Shown here one piece after another: positions 25,186-39,291 of a DNA stretch of 64,000 nucleotides (position 1 is the first letter of the stretch; every line of letters starts with the position of its first letter). Source of the DNA: Negaprion brevirostris (taxonomy: Eukaryota). The stretch spans positions 10,958,997-11,022,996 of the forward strand of contig JARDVH010000169.1 in assembly GCA_030324005.1 (NCBI GenBank), written 5' to 3'. Both the position numbers and the translations under genes were made by a program. Under the pieces are notes generated by a model. The model was not told where the DNA came from and ran no database searches. It saw only the letters and a list, made by a program, of their open reading frames with translations.

Positions 25186-27351
25186 AAAGGTGAAAGGTGG
25201 ATCTTGGTCTTACTGTGAAGATGAAGTTTTGTCTACAAATCCATCAACAAAATTAAAACAGATATTTAGGCTGTTGTAAAAGATCTTCAGTGATTTTTTT
25301 TTGTTAATCAGTGTGATGGAAATCAAAAACAAGCATCGATTTTTGAAGAAGCTGAAGGAAAGGATAAGCTGTTTTCAAATACAACATCTGGACGACATCT
25401 ACCATCACTGCAATTTCATGCATAGTTAGTAATGGTGCAGATATGTGCTCCTCTCCATAAGGGTTGCACATATGGCTGATAATCTGGAATTAGCTCCTTT
25501 TGAGCAGCATTACGATCCACAACTGTTTCAATTTGTATGGTATCTTGAACAGGTCTGTTCTGATGGCTGCCTGCCATCTATGCCTCCTGTTTCATTAGAG
25601 CAACGCATTATCTATGGATTCATACCAGATCGCGCTCAGCGCAGAGAATGAGTGAGAGATTCAATTATACAGCAGCCAATGGTGATTAATTTCCATATTG
25701 TCCTAAGTATTCCAGAATAAATTTGCAGATCTAGAAAGCTCTTCTTAAGAAAATCATGTATCAATTAAAAAAGTATTATTTAGAAATCCATAATTGCATA
25801 AATGGAACAATAATCAACAAAACTAACCAGAAATATAGTATTACTGGAATTATAACTTTACAAATGACGTTGGACAAATAGAATTCTTGCTTCCCAACAC
25901 CAATGTACATTGAATAAACAGCACAGAATCAGCACACTTAACCCAACTAGTTTGATCCTTTGGAATCTACTTTGTTACTTGTGCTCAGCTGATGGGCAGG
26001 AATTAAGTTTCTTCAATAGATACCACTTTCCTCAAAGAAAATCTTTAAGTATTTGTATTTTCATTTACGTAGCTTATGGCTAGACATTGTGTAAGTATAC
26101 ACTCACATTCAAATCAACTCTAATTCAACAAATCTTCCACACAAGGCAGACTTCATCTGGCTGCTTTTATAAGATCATAAAGAACAGGGGAATGAGGAAA
26201 TTGGTCCACTGAGCTTGCTCCGCCATTCAATAAAATCATGGTTGATCTCATCAGAGATAGTAATCATTATGTACTTGGAAGGGATTTCCACACTAGAGAT
26301 TTTTAAATGGAGTCAGAGGAATTATAGGTGTGCAAAACTTTAAAAATGGGACAAGATAGACATTATGATCCAAATAGTGGTAATTGCCACGCAAACCAAA
26401 TCTCAAAGGGAAACTTGGCAAGGTTACCACAACTCTTTTCTTTTCATATTTCAACCATGAAAGTGGATGAATTCAGAAGCCACAAAATTCCACTGAACAC
26501 TTGTGGGAATTTTAAATATTAGAGCATTAACCAAAGAAAAATAGACACTTCTAGGCTGGTTGGCAAACTGCTTCCCTTTGCCTTTTCACAGTTCTTTTCC
26601 CAATGCACAGCAGCACTTGAGGTGGTCCTACCTGGCCACTTCCAACAGTTCTCACATCTCTTAAGTAGTCTTTTTTCTTTTTCATCACAATTCCACTGTC
26701 CTTTTGCTTCCTTGAAACTTATCTTTCCCAGAATATGAATATCATTCACATTCTTTTAACTGTCCGAACTTTCGGGTCAAATTAAAGTAAATAATCTTGC
26801 CTTATTTGGTTTTGACCTCGCCCAAGTTATAAACCCTTTTGTTTCCCTTTGAAATTTAACAACTAAAAATCCAAATTCATTCTTATCTTCAGATGCAAAT
26901 TGCTACCTATGGCTTATCTGCTTGCAGGAACTTCAATTTGTCCATATTTACATGTCTTTCACATCTACACATCTTTGATGTCAAAAGCCTTGCGGTCCAA
27001 CTATCTTCAGTATACTTAAATTAGTCACACTCAAGCAATCGTGTCTACTTCAGAGAATAACGCAATAAACCCCAAAATATTAAAAATAATAGTCTTTCTT
27101 CATGTAGAGAGCACAAAGCTTTGAATTAATTAAAGTTTATTTAGAGTAGATGATGTGAGGCTGGCAATGAAAGCATGAGATCCAAGCCACAAAAGCATGA
27201 GTAAAAGTTTCAGCTGCACAAATGGTCTGATGCAGGTCTTTACAGAGATGAAAACAGGCAATCTTTATAATACAGAACATATATGATGGGTTGCTCAGTT
27301 CACAGTCGAGCAGGATGCTGATACTTCAAACAGTCTGGTTCAGCCAGATAT

Positions 27352-27816
27352 GACGTGGAGATGCCGGCGTTGGACTAGGGTAAACACAGTAGGAAGTCTC
27401 ACAACACCAGGTTAAAGCCCAACATGTTTATTTGCTAGCAAAAGCCACTAGCTTTCAGAGTGCTGCCCCTTCATCAGGTGTGTGAAAGTTCTATTCACAA
27501 ACTTCTATTCACAAACCCACGACTTGCCTGGGCTCGCAAAATCTCACTAACTATCCTGTCTGGAGACAATACACATCTCTTTAACCTGTGCTTCATGCTC
27601 TCTCTACTCACTGTCTGCACCTTTAAGACTTGATTACCTGTAAAGACTGGCATTCCAACTGTTATTTTGCAAATTGAGTTTGTGTCTTTATATGCCCCTG
27701 TTGTGAATACAACTCCCATTCCAGTGATGAAGGGGCAGTGCTCCAAAAGCTAATGGCTTTTGCCACCAAATAATCCTGTTGGACTTTAACTGGGTATTGT
27801 GAGATTTCTTACTGTG
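27352..27816. mobile_element. Penelope-like element remnant (inverted pseudo-LTR pair) with 12-bp TSD, inserted in an L2 relic
   Basis: Inverted arms ~27385-27502 and ~27698-27816. TSD TCAGCCAGATAT at 27340-27351 and 27817-27828. Hammerhead-like core in each arm. Homologous to 45425-45923. Confidence 0.8.
27446..27480 (-). ncRNA. Minimal type I hammerhead ribozyme motif (weakened stem II)
   Basis: Minus strand reads CAC-CUGAUGA-A-GGGGC-AGC-ACUCU-GAAA-GC-UA/GUG: intact CUGANGA and GAAA core, palindromic AGCU stem III, CAC/GUG stem I. Confidence 0.6.
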
Positions 27817-27930
27817 TCAGCCAGATATAACAGCTGGGAGGTAGACTAAAAATACTGAGGTTTGATGGTGATAGCTTCTGTCTTTCCAGTATTCACCTGG
27901 AGGAAACTGGCTCATCCAAGATACAAGACA

Positions 27931-28173
27931 TGATGGCAGTGGTTAACACTGCTGCCTCACAGCACCAGGGACCCAGGTTCAATTCCGACTTGGGTCACGA
28001 TGTGAGCCTGCATGGGTTTCCTCCAGGTATTCCAGTTTCCTCCCACAGTCCAAAAGACAAGCTGGTCAGGTGCATTGGCCATGCTAAGTTCTTCCTTGAT
28101 GTACTCCAATAGGTGTCGGACGTGGCGATTAGGGGATTTTCACAATAACTTCATTGCAGCGTTAAAGTAAGCT
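27931..28173 (+). mobile_element. V-SINE with HE1-like head and a different 3' tail
   Basis: CAGTGGTTAACACTGCTGCCTCACAGC...AGGTTCAATTCC, V-domain, tail GGCGATTAGGGGATTTTCACAATAACTTCATTGCAGCGTTAA. Confidence 0.8.
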
Positions 28174-28864
28174 CACAATTATAGAAATTTGCTAAAACCG
28201 ATTCGAAGCATTGCTAGGCAACTGATGTTTTTAAAAGTAAGCAGAAAGAAAATAATTTGGTTTAAGTACCCACAAAAAATTCATATGTCCGGATTTTAAT
28301 CCAAGTCTCTCATTTTTTATACATTTCATAATTTATCGCTACTAATTAGAAGGTTAAGTAAACCATGAATGATGTTAAATCCAGAGAACAAATTGTGCAA
28401 CTTATTCATGAAAATATCATAGGAAGGTCACTTCAAACATCAAGTATCTCCACTTGTTAAGTTTACACTGTAATTTCCTTATCAAAATGATTTGAGCTGA
28501 GAATTTTTAACCCACAGTGATTTATTTTACTTTTGAATTTGAGAGAAATAAACATTTCATATAGCACTATGACCAACTAAGTCTTGCAAAATGAGAGAAA
28601 CAAGTTAAATATTTTTCTTACTGGTTTTAAACTCCTGACTGGCTTGGAAGCTCTTTTGTTTACCACAGCTTTTGAATAAATAGATATTTTTAATCAACTA
28701 CTTTTGGCAAAAGATTGGTTTAAGTAAAAAGCTATGGTTAAGAAACATGCCAGCACATAAATGATATCGTAAAGAAAACAGTAGTTGCCAGTTTCTGACA
28801 GCATGCCAAGAACAGTTGTTACTCTTAGCATTCAATAAATGCTCCAAGAGAAAAGGTGCACATT

Positions 28865-29055
28865 TTGACTGCCACGTTTCTGGTGAGATTTGAAGCTGAG
28901 CTCCAGTCTACCTGTTCAGGTTAAATTTTAAAAATTTGTAGATACTATTGCAGAACAGCAGGGTATTTCTCCCAGTGTGCTGGCCAACATTTAACCCTCA
29001 ATCAACAATACTAAAAATAGACAAATCCAATTGCTTTGATGTGCTGTGGGAAATC
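28865..29055 (+). mobile_element. Old Deu-domain SINE fragment
   Basis: GAACAGCAGGG.ATTTCTCCCAGTGTGCTGGCCAACATTTAACCCTCAATCAACA...CTAAAAA.AGA, typical of SacSINE1-like bodies. Confidence 0.6.
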
Positions 29056-29419
29056 CGGGGAGATGAAAGACTTGACTCAAGTCATTTTCTGGGTCATATC
29101 TTACAGAAGAATGTTGTTATGCCAAAAATGAAAATGATCAGCAATAACTGCCATAACGTAATGGACCAATAAACAGGCAGAGGTTTCAACTGGGAACAAA
29201 TTACGTTCTGAGGACTGGACTGAGAGAGATTGCTTGCCCTTGTGGGGTAGCCCAGAACTTGAGAATGCAGTAAAATTAGCGGTCTTCTATTTAAGACCGA
29301 GGGGAAGTTTTTTTTTCTATATTTGGTGAACCTTTGCATGAAATTGAAAGAATTCTAAATGAACATATTAAAAAATGTAAGTTTTAGAGTGCATCTTGTG
29401 ACCACCTGTCAGCCAAAGC

Positions 29420-29770
29420 AGTTTGACAAAGTCCCTCATGGTAGGCTGGTAGAAAAGGTTAGGGCACATGGGATACGAGGTCAGGTAGCTAGGTGGATAG
29501 AGAACTGGCTGGGTAATAGGAGGCAGAGGGTAGTTGTGGNNNNNNNNNNNNNNNNNNNNNNNNNNNNNNNNNNNNNNNNNNNNNNNNNNNNNNNNNNNNN
29601 NNNNNNNNNNNNNNNNNNNNNNNNNNNNNNNNNNNNNNNAATCTCCCCTGAATTTGGCTAAGGAAGGGGCTCCATTAGTAGACACGTAGGGTAGGATAGG
29701 GTGGGGTGATGGCGGCACGGGCTCGTTGGGCCAAAGGGCCTGTTTCCCGTGCTGGGTTGTTCTTTGTTCT
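29420..29770 (+). mobile_element. Young CR1 LINE spanning an assembly gap (RT part + 3' tail)
   Basis: FDKVPHGRLVEKVRAHGIRGQVARWIENWLGNRRQRVVV before the Ns; tail GGGCTCGTTGGGCCAAAGGGCCTGTTTCCCGTGCTG after. Confidence 0.88.
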
Positions 29771-32404
29771 TAATACAAAAAAAATTTCTTTAAAAGTGTT
29801 TATGGAATCAGTAATTGCTTATAAGAATGTTTGAAAGGGACTTTTAAGGGTTTGCACCAATTGTACAGGAATCAGTTGCAATGTTCATAAAATCCCAATG
29901 TGGGAGTGAGGGGGGAAACTGATTCACCTTGGATAAGTAGTAGTATTGGTTCATGTGACAAGGTGATCCTTGAGCTGGAAACAGTACCAAAAAGGAGGAA
30001 GTTTAGCTACAACAAAAAAAGCCACGCAGCCAGATACACAAAAGACAACAAATAAGCTATTGCTGCAAACAGAGGGGGGCTGCAACAGAAGGGAGAACAG
30101 AAAAGACACAATTACATGACGTGTGTGTGTAACAGCTAAACAGGACAGAAAAATGAAGATGTGATTAGAATGGGTGATAGCGAATTCAAGAATTTTGCTG
30201 TAATTGCCCCAGTTTTGCGAGTGCCAACCAGACCATTGAACAGGATTTATTAAAAAGATAAAGAAGTCACTGAAGAATCTCTGTTGTGAATCTAGCCAAG
30301 GAGGTTCTACAGGTTTGTGCCTGGGAAAATGAGAGGTCCGAAGTTCCAAAGGCTGAGTTAGGGAACCTTTGGAACATGATACAGGGAGTTAAGGTTTTGT
30401 AAGATCCTTGTGGTACCATCTACTAAAACTAAATTTGTCTTACCTGAAAGATCTTTTGTCTGTTAATTCTTGTTTAATTTACATTAATTGTAATTCATTT
30501 AAAAGTAAAATTTATAAAAATTACATCTTGTTGACAATTCCTTTATCTGCGGGTTTGAGAAGGTCATTCTGTAAACTTTGGTCTACCGTTTCCCCATGGA
30601 AATCATCATAATCTATAAATTTGTATAGCTGCACCTGATTGTTCTTCCAATTAGGATTGTAGGTCATGATATGAAGTACCTATTTTTCAAAAGACGTTCA
30701 AATGCAAGGATCCATAATTATTTTAGGGAAAATGTTTTTACATCAAAAGCTTTGACTTTAGCCATTATAACCACTTCATGGCTTCTGGAATTGCTGGTGA
30801 TATGATGGATCAGTTCAGCCAACACATCAATTAAAACATGCAATTTTTATTCAAGGAATGTGGATTCACAGGCTGCAGCCAGACATAGAATAGCTGCTCC
30901 ATGAATTTGACCCTCAGTTACCAGGAGCACAAAAACACTTGGACGTACTGGAAGACTACCACATAATTGTATCCAATAAGTCAAAGCACACTTTAGCCTA
31001 ATATAAATTGTTAAAAGATTATCGCAGTGAACTGAAACTCAAATATTAATTCGAACAGCCTAGTTCAATAACTTAATTCTCTTCTAAAGACAGCAGATCA
31101 TGATTCTGTAATATATCTAAACTTTTCATCAGCAAATAGCAGAAATGCTAATTATGAGATATGACACACCTCCTTGTAATCTAACCTACAGTGGGGCAAC
31201 CATAGACAAGTTTTATAATTCTTCAACATTTACGAGAAATCTACTTGCACTCCCTTTTCTCCTCCCAACAGACATCTAGGTACCTTCTTCCTTTCTCATA
31301 TTGCCCATGCTGCAAAAGTGTGGCAAGTAACCATTCAAAAACAGGTTAAATTACCAGCCTGGAATGCTTTCTGCTTTTCAAGGGCTGTACCCACTGAAAT
31401 TAAATCATAGTTGTGTGTTTCTTATGTGTAAAAAAACTCAATTTGAGTTAAATAGCTTCACAAAGGAAGTACCAAAGTAAGCTATTATTGTTTTCAATAT
31501 AACAATGTTACGATTTTAATGTTGCTTGTTATACACTTATACACAGATGTGCACTAAGTAGAGGCTTGGTACTTCTCCAGAGTAAAGGAAAGAAAAGTAG
31601 CACCATTCAGATGGGATGCCACACAACAATGAGAAAGGGAGAAGGTTCCTTGCAAAAACCATACCAAATACTTGATTCATTTGAGATTCTGCTTCCATGA
31701 TGACACTAATTCAGGACAAATGCTCAAACACACGTCTTCAACACATACAGGCTCTCTTCCACCTACTGATTTTCCATTTTATGACTCCAGCAACTGTATC
31801 CTCCCGTACAATCTACAAAGTTACTCTGACCACAGGATGACTGTTTTAGGATATGCAAAAAGATAAATGTGGTTTCCAGTGCGATTATTCTAGAAAGGTA
31901 CCAATTGTCTGATGGCACGTAAGCACTCAATCAGCCTTGTAGAAACCCTTATTGAATATTTTAAAATTTGTTATCGAAGAAACTTTATCCTTTTCAGATT
32001 CAAGAATGAGACCTATTAATATTCAGCAATCCCATTTTTAAAAGAAACCCAGTAACAACTTAAGTGTCAGATTTCACAGCTTGAGGCAACAAAGTACAAC
32101 GTACACCAGAATACAAATCCCCATCAACAAATGTTACAGCAATTTACAAATAGATTAGAATGCTACAAGATCATTTCTTTCTCACCTTTAATAATTAGAT
32201 ACAAACATCTAAGTTGTGTTGTAATCCATTTTAATGATCTTCAGTTCTTAAATATTATCTGCAATCACCAAGTATACTGATTCATGGATCCTACAAATTT
32301 AGTGCTCCAAGGGCAACCACAAAAAATGAATTAAATATTGATATGATCATGTGCCAGGTTGAATTTTAAGCCAAACTAACCAGAAGTCAACAATTTAAAA
32401 GTTA

Positions 32405-32542
32405 CTCTTGTATTCTGAATGTCACTACATTCTGCACCCTCCCCTTTCCTTCACTTTAAATGGTATGCTTTGTCTATTTAGCACGCAAGAAACAATACTT
32501 AAACTGTACACTAATACATATGGCAATAATCAAATCAAATCA
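32405..32542 (+). mobile_element. LINE 3' end with (AATCA)n tail (Rex1/Babar-like)
   Basis: ...GCACGCAAGAAACAATACTT...CTGTACACTAATACAT.TG.CAATAATCAAATCAAATCA. Clade assignment is from recall of such tails. Confidence 0.5.
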
Positions 32543-33979
32543 TTAATGCTGTTATACAAATGAGAAACATTGGAAATACTGAGCAGGTCATGCAGTTATG
32601 TGACAATATAAACAGTTCCTTTATTGGCCTCTGTTTCTCTCTCCACATATGCTACCTAATCAGATGTGCATTTCCAGCGCTCAAATCATGTTGCCCTTAA
32701 TAGTCAGATCTCAAACTACAGAAAGCATAAAGCCAAATGCACTACTCCACCCATCTCCAACTTTAAAGCTGACTCTATTCTTAATGTTTTCTGAAAAATG
32801 TATTTGCTATGTAAGGCTATGTTTTATGAATTATCACAACTCTACCAACAAAGCCGAAACAATCTTAACCTAACAAATGATGACATTGCAAATACCAACT
32901 GTTTCTTGCTATGGGGTTGAATAACTAGGTGCTTTCACTTGCATCCGATGGGCCACAACAAAATTCATATGATCACTGGCCTTAATGGGCTTCAACAGAT
33001 ACTGAAGTGGTTACTGTTGCAAGCTCAACTGACGTGAACAGTGACTTAAAGCTGTAAGTTATTTAAACATGGTGGTTTCTTCAACAGCAAGACTGCACAG
33101 GATTCTGCAGTACTTAATGTATAGTATTACAGACATTAGAAAAGGTTGAGATCTCTCTCTCAAGAAAGGTTTGATGAAAGTGGCAGACAGACCCCTTGCC
33201 TCAGTTTTTATTTCATCTTCACTTATATCATTGTTTTACTCTACACTATATTTTCCTTTTTGTTTGGTTTTCCACCAGTCCTAATTTGCTTTCATCAGCA
33301 ATTTATTTTTGGGTCACTAATACAAGAGCAGATTATTTGAGGCTCGATTGTAATTGACTACTTAGTCGCTGACCACCATTTATAGTTACCAGTCGTTGCA
33401 CGTATTCCATGAAAAAGAGACCTAAGTCAAGGCAACAAAATTGGATAACTGCAAGTGATAATGCATGTTATAGAATTTAAAAAGAAAATCTCTAAAATTC
33501 AACAAAAAAGCTTGTCAATTTATCTCACTTGAGTTCCACAGAAAATTTACAGGACCGATCTAGCAGAACCTCCTTTCTAAGTTGCAGAGGTCAAATGCTG
33601 AACAGATCAGATATTCTTCCACAATATTAACAACACAGCTTAAGATCTCAAAGGGCTTGCTTCAGCAGCACCCAAAGCACTCAGAATTATGCACAAAATG
33701 AGGCATTCCCTCAAACTCAGAACCCACTCTCCAGTTATTCTAATCACAATTATTTTAGAAATAACTTTTGAAGTACACCCCAAACTTCAGTGGCTTTCTT
33801 TAGGCTCAGTATGTGGCTTCCATTTGGTCCTATGGCAACAATTCACCATTTGGAAAACCTTAAGTGCCAATTTTAAGAAGCTCGTGGTTTAATTGGTGTC
33901 ACTTGATCTTTAGCGAAGCATGTTAAAGCAACGCATCACAAATGCATATAAAATAACAGATTCTTGGCCACAAATCAAT

Positions 33980-34610
33980 CATAGAGTAGACAAGAGGTCA
34001 TTTGGCCTATCGTGTCTATGCACAAAGGAGCTAACCAATTAATCATATTCCCGCTCTTTGCTAAAGCTCTTCAATTTTTTTCTTTTCCAAATATATATCC
34101 AATTCCCAATGTTGAATTTGCTTCCACCATACTTTCAAGCAGCTCAGTTCAGGTCATGTTGATTTGTTAAGTAAAATAATCTCCCCTCATCGCCTTGGTT
34201 CTTTTGCAATCATCTTAAATCTGCATCCTCTAATTACTGATCCTCCAACCAGTGGAAACAGTTTCTCCCTGCCTGGACTTAAGAAAATATCCCATAACTT
34301 TCAGCATCTCAATTAAATCTCCCTTTGCTCAAAGAAGAACAATCTCAGCTTCTTTAGATTCTCCATATATATCTTTTCTGAAAAGCGGTGTCTAAAATCT
34401 GACATGCGGTATATTCCAGCTGAGGACTAATCCGTGATTTATAAAGGCTCATCATAACTCCCTTGTTTTAGAACTTCATGGCTCCATTAATGAAGTCAAG
34501 CAGCCTTTTGTTTAAACACCTTGAAAGTTTTGTGAATGTGAAGCCTCAGGCCCCTCTCCTTGTGCACCCACATTGAAATTTTGTTTAAATTGTGTCTCAT
34601 TCTTCCTTCC
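33980..34610 (-). mobile_element. Decayed CR1 LINE 3' portion
   Basis: Starts with reverse-complement tail CATAGAG...GAGGTCATTTGGCCTATCGTGTCTATG; later TATTCCAGCTGAGG.CTAA (RPQLEY-like on minus). Confidence 0.65.
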
Positions 34611-34959
34611 AAAACGTATAGCTGCAATTGAGGCAAAAGGGCAATAAAAGGTTCTAAGTAAAACAAAATAGTCAGACTAGGTTGAACTTTGAGTTTTTTC
34701 TCTCTCAATTCAAATTCCATTTTGAAAAGAGATATTTGTCTCAATGGGGGAAAAGGCATGGAGAATTAAATAGATACCCCCAAATAGGGATTGACAAAGG
34801 CGACCATACTGAAAACTCAACAGAAAGCTGTTAAATGACAAAACAGATGATGGAAAGACATAAGAACAATAAAGTATGGAAACAGTAAGGAGGTAAGAAA
34901 ACACGCAAGAGAAGATAGATATAAAGAGAGAAGAAATCTATAAATGCAACAGCTCTAAG

Positions 34960-35410
34960 ATTTTAAAAATGACCACATGGGATTGAGGGTAATATAATGG
35001 CATAGATTGAGAATTGGTTAACAAGACAGAAAATAGAATAGGAATGAACAGGTCTCTCAGACTGGCTGTCTGTGACTAATGGGGTACCACAAAGATTAAA
35101 GTTTGGCCCCACCTAGTCACAATCTATATCAATGATTTGGATGTGGGATCAATCCTAATATTATTGTTGACGATTGAGTTGTGAGGAGGATAGAAAGGGG
35201 TTTCAAAAGGATTTAGAGAACCAGGAGACATAGTCTCAGATCAAGAGGTAGGCTATTCAAAGAGGAATTTCTTCATTCAGGGGCTGGTGAAGGCATCAAG
35301 GGATGTAGGAATGGTGCAGGACAATGGCAGAGATCAGCCACGATCTAGCTAAATGGCAGAGCAGGCTCAAGGGGCCAAATAACTTACTCTTACTCATATT
35401 TCCTAAATTC
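34960..35410 (+). mobile_element. Decayed, internally deleted CR1 LINE
   Basis: HGI.G...WIENWL...Q, GVPQ, TIYINDLD words, then CR1 tail. Confidence 0.7.
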
Positions 35411-38400
35411 TTAAAGCAGAAAATGCTGCCAGTTCTGAAGAGAAATAACAAGCCAATACCACATCAAGAATCTGCTCACTGCTCTGGCTACACTTGGTTC
35501 TTACGAGGTGTTTGCATTCCAAAGTCATTGTTTCTCTTATTTTTGTTTTGCTCTTTAAACAACATACACTGTGACCAGTATTGTTTGAAATTCATCATGA
35601 ATGGATGCATTAATTTCTAGCAACAACAATGAATAACTGACATATAACTGATGGGTGAAGGAACTGCTTATTGTTTCCAAGGCAATATTGGATATTGCGA
35701 TGGACTTGAAAGATTCATTGTTAAATTTGCTTTGGCATAGCAAAAGTATCAGTTTAAGACTATAGTGGACAATATTATAACAAATAGGAGGAAGTACTGT
35801 TATCTACCTATATTTAAAGAAACTGTGCTGATAATTTAATTCACATTTATTTAACAATTGTGGCAACTGGAGGAAAAACATGTTATAAACTTTTCCAAAA
35901 TTGTCTATTACTTTTGGCCTGTACAAGATATTTGAGAGTAGTGTTCAAATACTGTTGTTTTTGGCTAGGATCTTCTAAGCTTTCTTCATGTCCACAGACT
36001 ATAACTAACTATATTCAATGCTACATTTCCATTTTACAAAGTATAAACAGAATGCTGGCCTTTCAGATATCATCTTTTTAAGCCATGCACAACTTTCTAA
36101 TGCAATACACCAAGCAAATATGTTGGAAAGCTACAGTCTGCTTATGCTCTTGGCTGGGGGTTTTGACATGGTCCAATGAATCACCTTGTGCGACATCCTA
36201 TGAACCAACAAGGCTGTTTACATGCCGTTCTACGTGCTGAATGGTTCAAACAGTTCAGTACACAGGAAATCATGCCTAAACTGCAGAGCCCATAACCTGA
36301 ATTCTGTATTCATGGAGATACTGAAGGCCGAGACACAGTGCAAAGAAAAGCCACACAATACCTTTCCTTTAGTAATTTACCTTTGCTTTAATTCACAAAT
36401 CTTGCACACAAAAACACCAAGGGCAAAACAGATGCAAGCATCAAGCAGAGGATCACTGCTTGACACTCATCCCTATATTATAACTAAAATCAGCTGACAG
36501 AAGAATATCTCTAGCTTTGCAGTGGAACTGCAATAAAGTACATATTAAGCCAAGATAGTCAACCTGCCCAACCAGTAATTGTCTTGCTACTAATTCATTG
36601 AATACTTTTGCTCTGACAATTGTTGTATCTATATTTACAATTATTAGCCCACTTGGTGATTTATTAAATATCATGAATTACCACAAATTGATATGTGATG
36701 TATTCTGACAAACCTTAAGTACACCTCAGTATTTTCCATGATACTTGGCTCATCTAACAATTGCACCATCTTGACACAATTTCAGTTGTTTATTATCAAA
36801 CTGTGTTGAGGATCTTGAAACAAAACAAAAGCAAAATACTGCAGATACTGAAGATTTTGAACCCATTTGATGATTTTCCTCTTTTATTAAATCCTGTTGA
36901 CCGAGTTTGAGAAGGTATATTGTGACAAAATTGTTGTAAAACAATAATAAATTCTCCTTACTTCCTGCAAGTATGGTTCTCTAGCCTGGCTTCCTTAGTT
37001 TGATTTGCATCCTTCATTGTTTAACCACCAGCCAAAAGCAATATACTTACTTTAAACACTGTCAGCTCACCAACTCAAAGCCTGATAACTTTAATTTATA
37101 ACAAACAAGATTAATAGAAGTTTATCTTATTGAAGTGTCTACACAAAAGGTCTCTGAGGAAGCACTCCTGGCTCCACTCAGTTTCTCATCTTTAATGGCC
37201 TAAGATACCATCAGAAACCTTTTCTTTGCCGATGACGCTATCTTTTATCAAGAACTTGAATCCCGATCTGAAAGTAAACAGCAGTAGAATAATTGCATGC
37301 AGAAATATAATAGCAGTTGTCAGCTGAATGGTGCATTACTTTAAAAAAATCTTTTGAAAAAGATCACCAAGATGTTGCTCAATCATTTCTACTCTATAAA
37401 AACGTCAAGCTAAACATTCTGTAGTTCATATCAAACCTAAAATGAGGTAGGTTAGGGATAAACAAATTGCAAAGATTATACGAAAAGCTATTGATAGATG
37501 ACAGCATAGGAAAAACTGAATTGATGAAGGTCCCTAATTCAATTCTAAATTCTACTTCCTATGATTAAGCTCTTAATCCTGTAATAAACCATTGCTGCAA
37601 TGGCATAACAGGAATCAAAAAGGGTAAAGCTAGAAACGTTGGTGCATTAGCCTCATGTTCATTAAGAACTGAATATTAACACAAAAGTTTTATTGCTTGT
37701 CTGTTCTAAAATAATGGACTCTAGTACTTATAAGGAAGCATGGAGGGTTGCAAACAGCAGGGAATGCAGAGAGGCCTGGAATGCAGAGGCCTGACAAACT
37801 TAACAGTAGAACCTTATTCTAACCTTTTTCTTCCTTTCCCTGCATGGTAGTCAGCCAAACTGACAGGCTGGCCAATTGTCAGATTAGAAAACAGTGACAA
37901 TTGAGTGGAGGCTGTGGGAGAGGAGGCACATATCAATATCTTGAAGTATTCCTGTAATTCATAGTAATCATCGGATCACATTCCAAGCAGCTGATCCTCA
38001 TTATGGCTTGGTCATCTGCAAGCTGTACTTTCTAATAGAATGACCATTCTTATCAACAAATTCCACTTGGGATTAAAATGAAATGGATAATCAGAAACTG
38101 TTGTATAATGCTCTGCAACATTTGGAAAGGACAGAGTATCTGTTTCTTATAAAATTGAGTTATCAGTAATGCAGCACACTGGTTTGTCACTGTGGCACAG
38201 CTGGCTAAAACATGGGGAGCGTACTTGCAATTATCTGCAGTTGTTTCGGAAACACAAGGAGGTTCACTGGGAGGTGCAAAAAATAAAGAAGAATGCAGAG
38301 GACAGAAATTTCATTTCACTATAGAAAAGGTAAATGAGGCACATGCTTTTCAAATCAAAATGTTGGTAAGTAACCTTCTCTCAACTACATTTTGCTAAAG

Positions 38401-39291
38401 CAACTACAATTTGCCTGAATTCCTAACATGAAAACTTGTTAACAAAATCTCAATTCATTTTGATAGGCTGTGGAATTCCAGATGAAGCTGACTACCCACT
38501 TACCCAAGAACTAGACTGTCAAGCATGTCACTAGAAGTGAAATCACGACTTTCCACCCACGCAGCTCTCAACATAAATGTGGGCTGACTGGAGAAGCATA
38601 GAACACATTATTTCAATTTTATGACTCAAGCTAACTATTCAATTGGCATTTATTATACTTTACCGTTGATTTCTTTTGAACTAATATAGATCACCTTTTT
38701 CATTGTTCTCTACAATGGGAATGTTGTCCCATGATACAAAAATCATGAATGTGGCAGTCAGACTTACTTCTTTGGCGTGGCGAACATAAGCAGACAAAGC
38801 ACTTGTAGTTTCAATAAATTGTTTCCCTAATTTAGATTTAGTTTCATTTCTCAGTAATAATTCTGCATTTACTGTTAATCCAACAGCACAATAATGGTTG
38901 CTATTTCTAATATGCAGGGCCTTAAGACACTTGTTAGATTTTGAAGAATAATGGCAGCAGGCAATGCATAATGTCCAGATTGACTGGAACCAAGAAACTA
39001 CAAAAGAGCAGATCCATTTTGACTTGTAGACTTGATTGAGAAAGGCCTGTGTCAGATCACTGCAAACTAAGTCAGTGACAATCTGGACCACTGACATCCC
39101 AACTATTCAGGAAAAGGTGAGAGGGATAAACAATGCTCCAAGACAAGCTGTCACTTCACTGAGTGCGAAACTGAGACCAAGAGTGACCACTAAGAATGGT
39201 AACAGACTCGAAACATTGAATTTAAAATTGCTTCCACTCAAGTTTTCAAATCCCAAGGTGAGGCTGAGCATCCTAGACAATTTTTTGTTTT

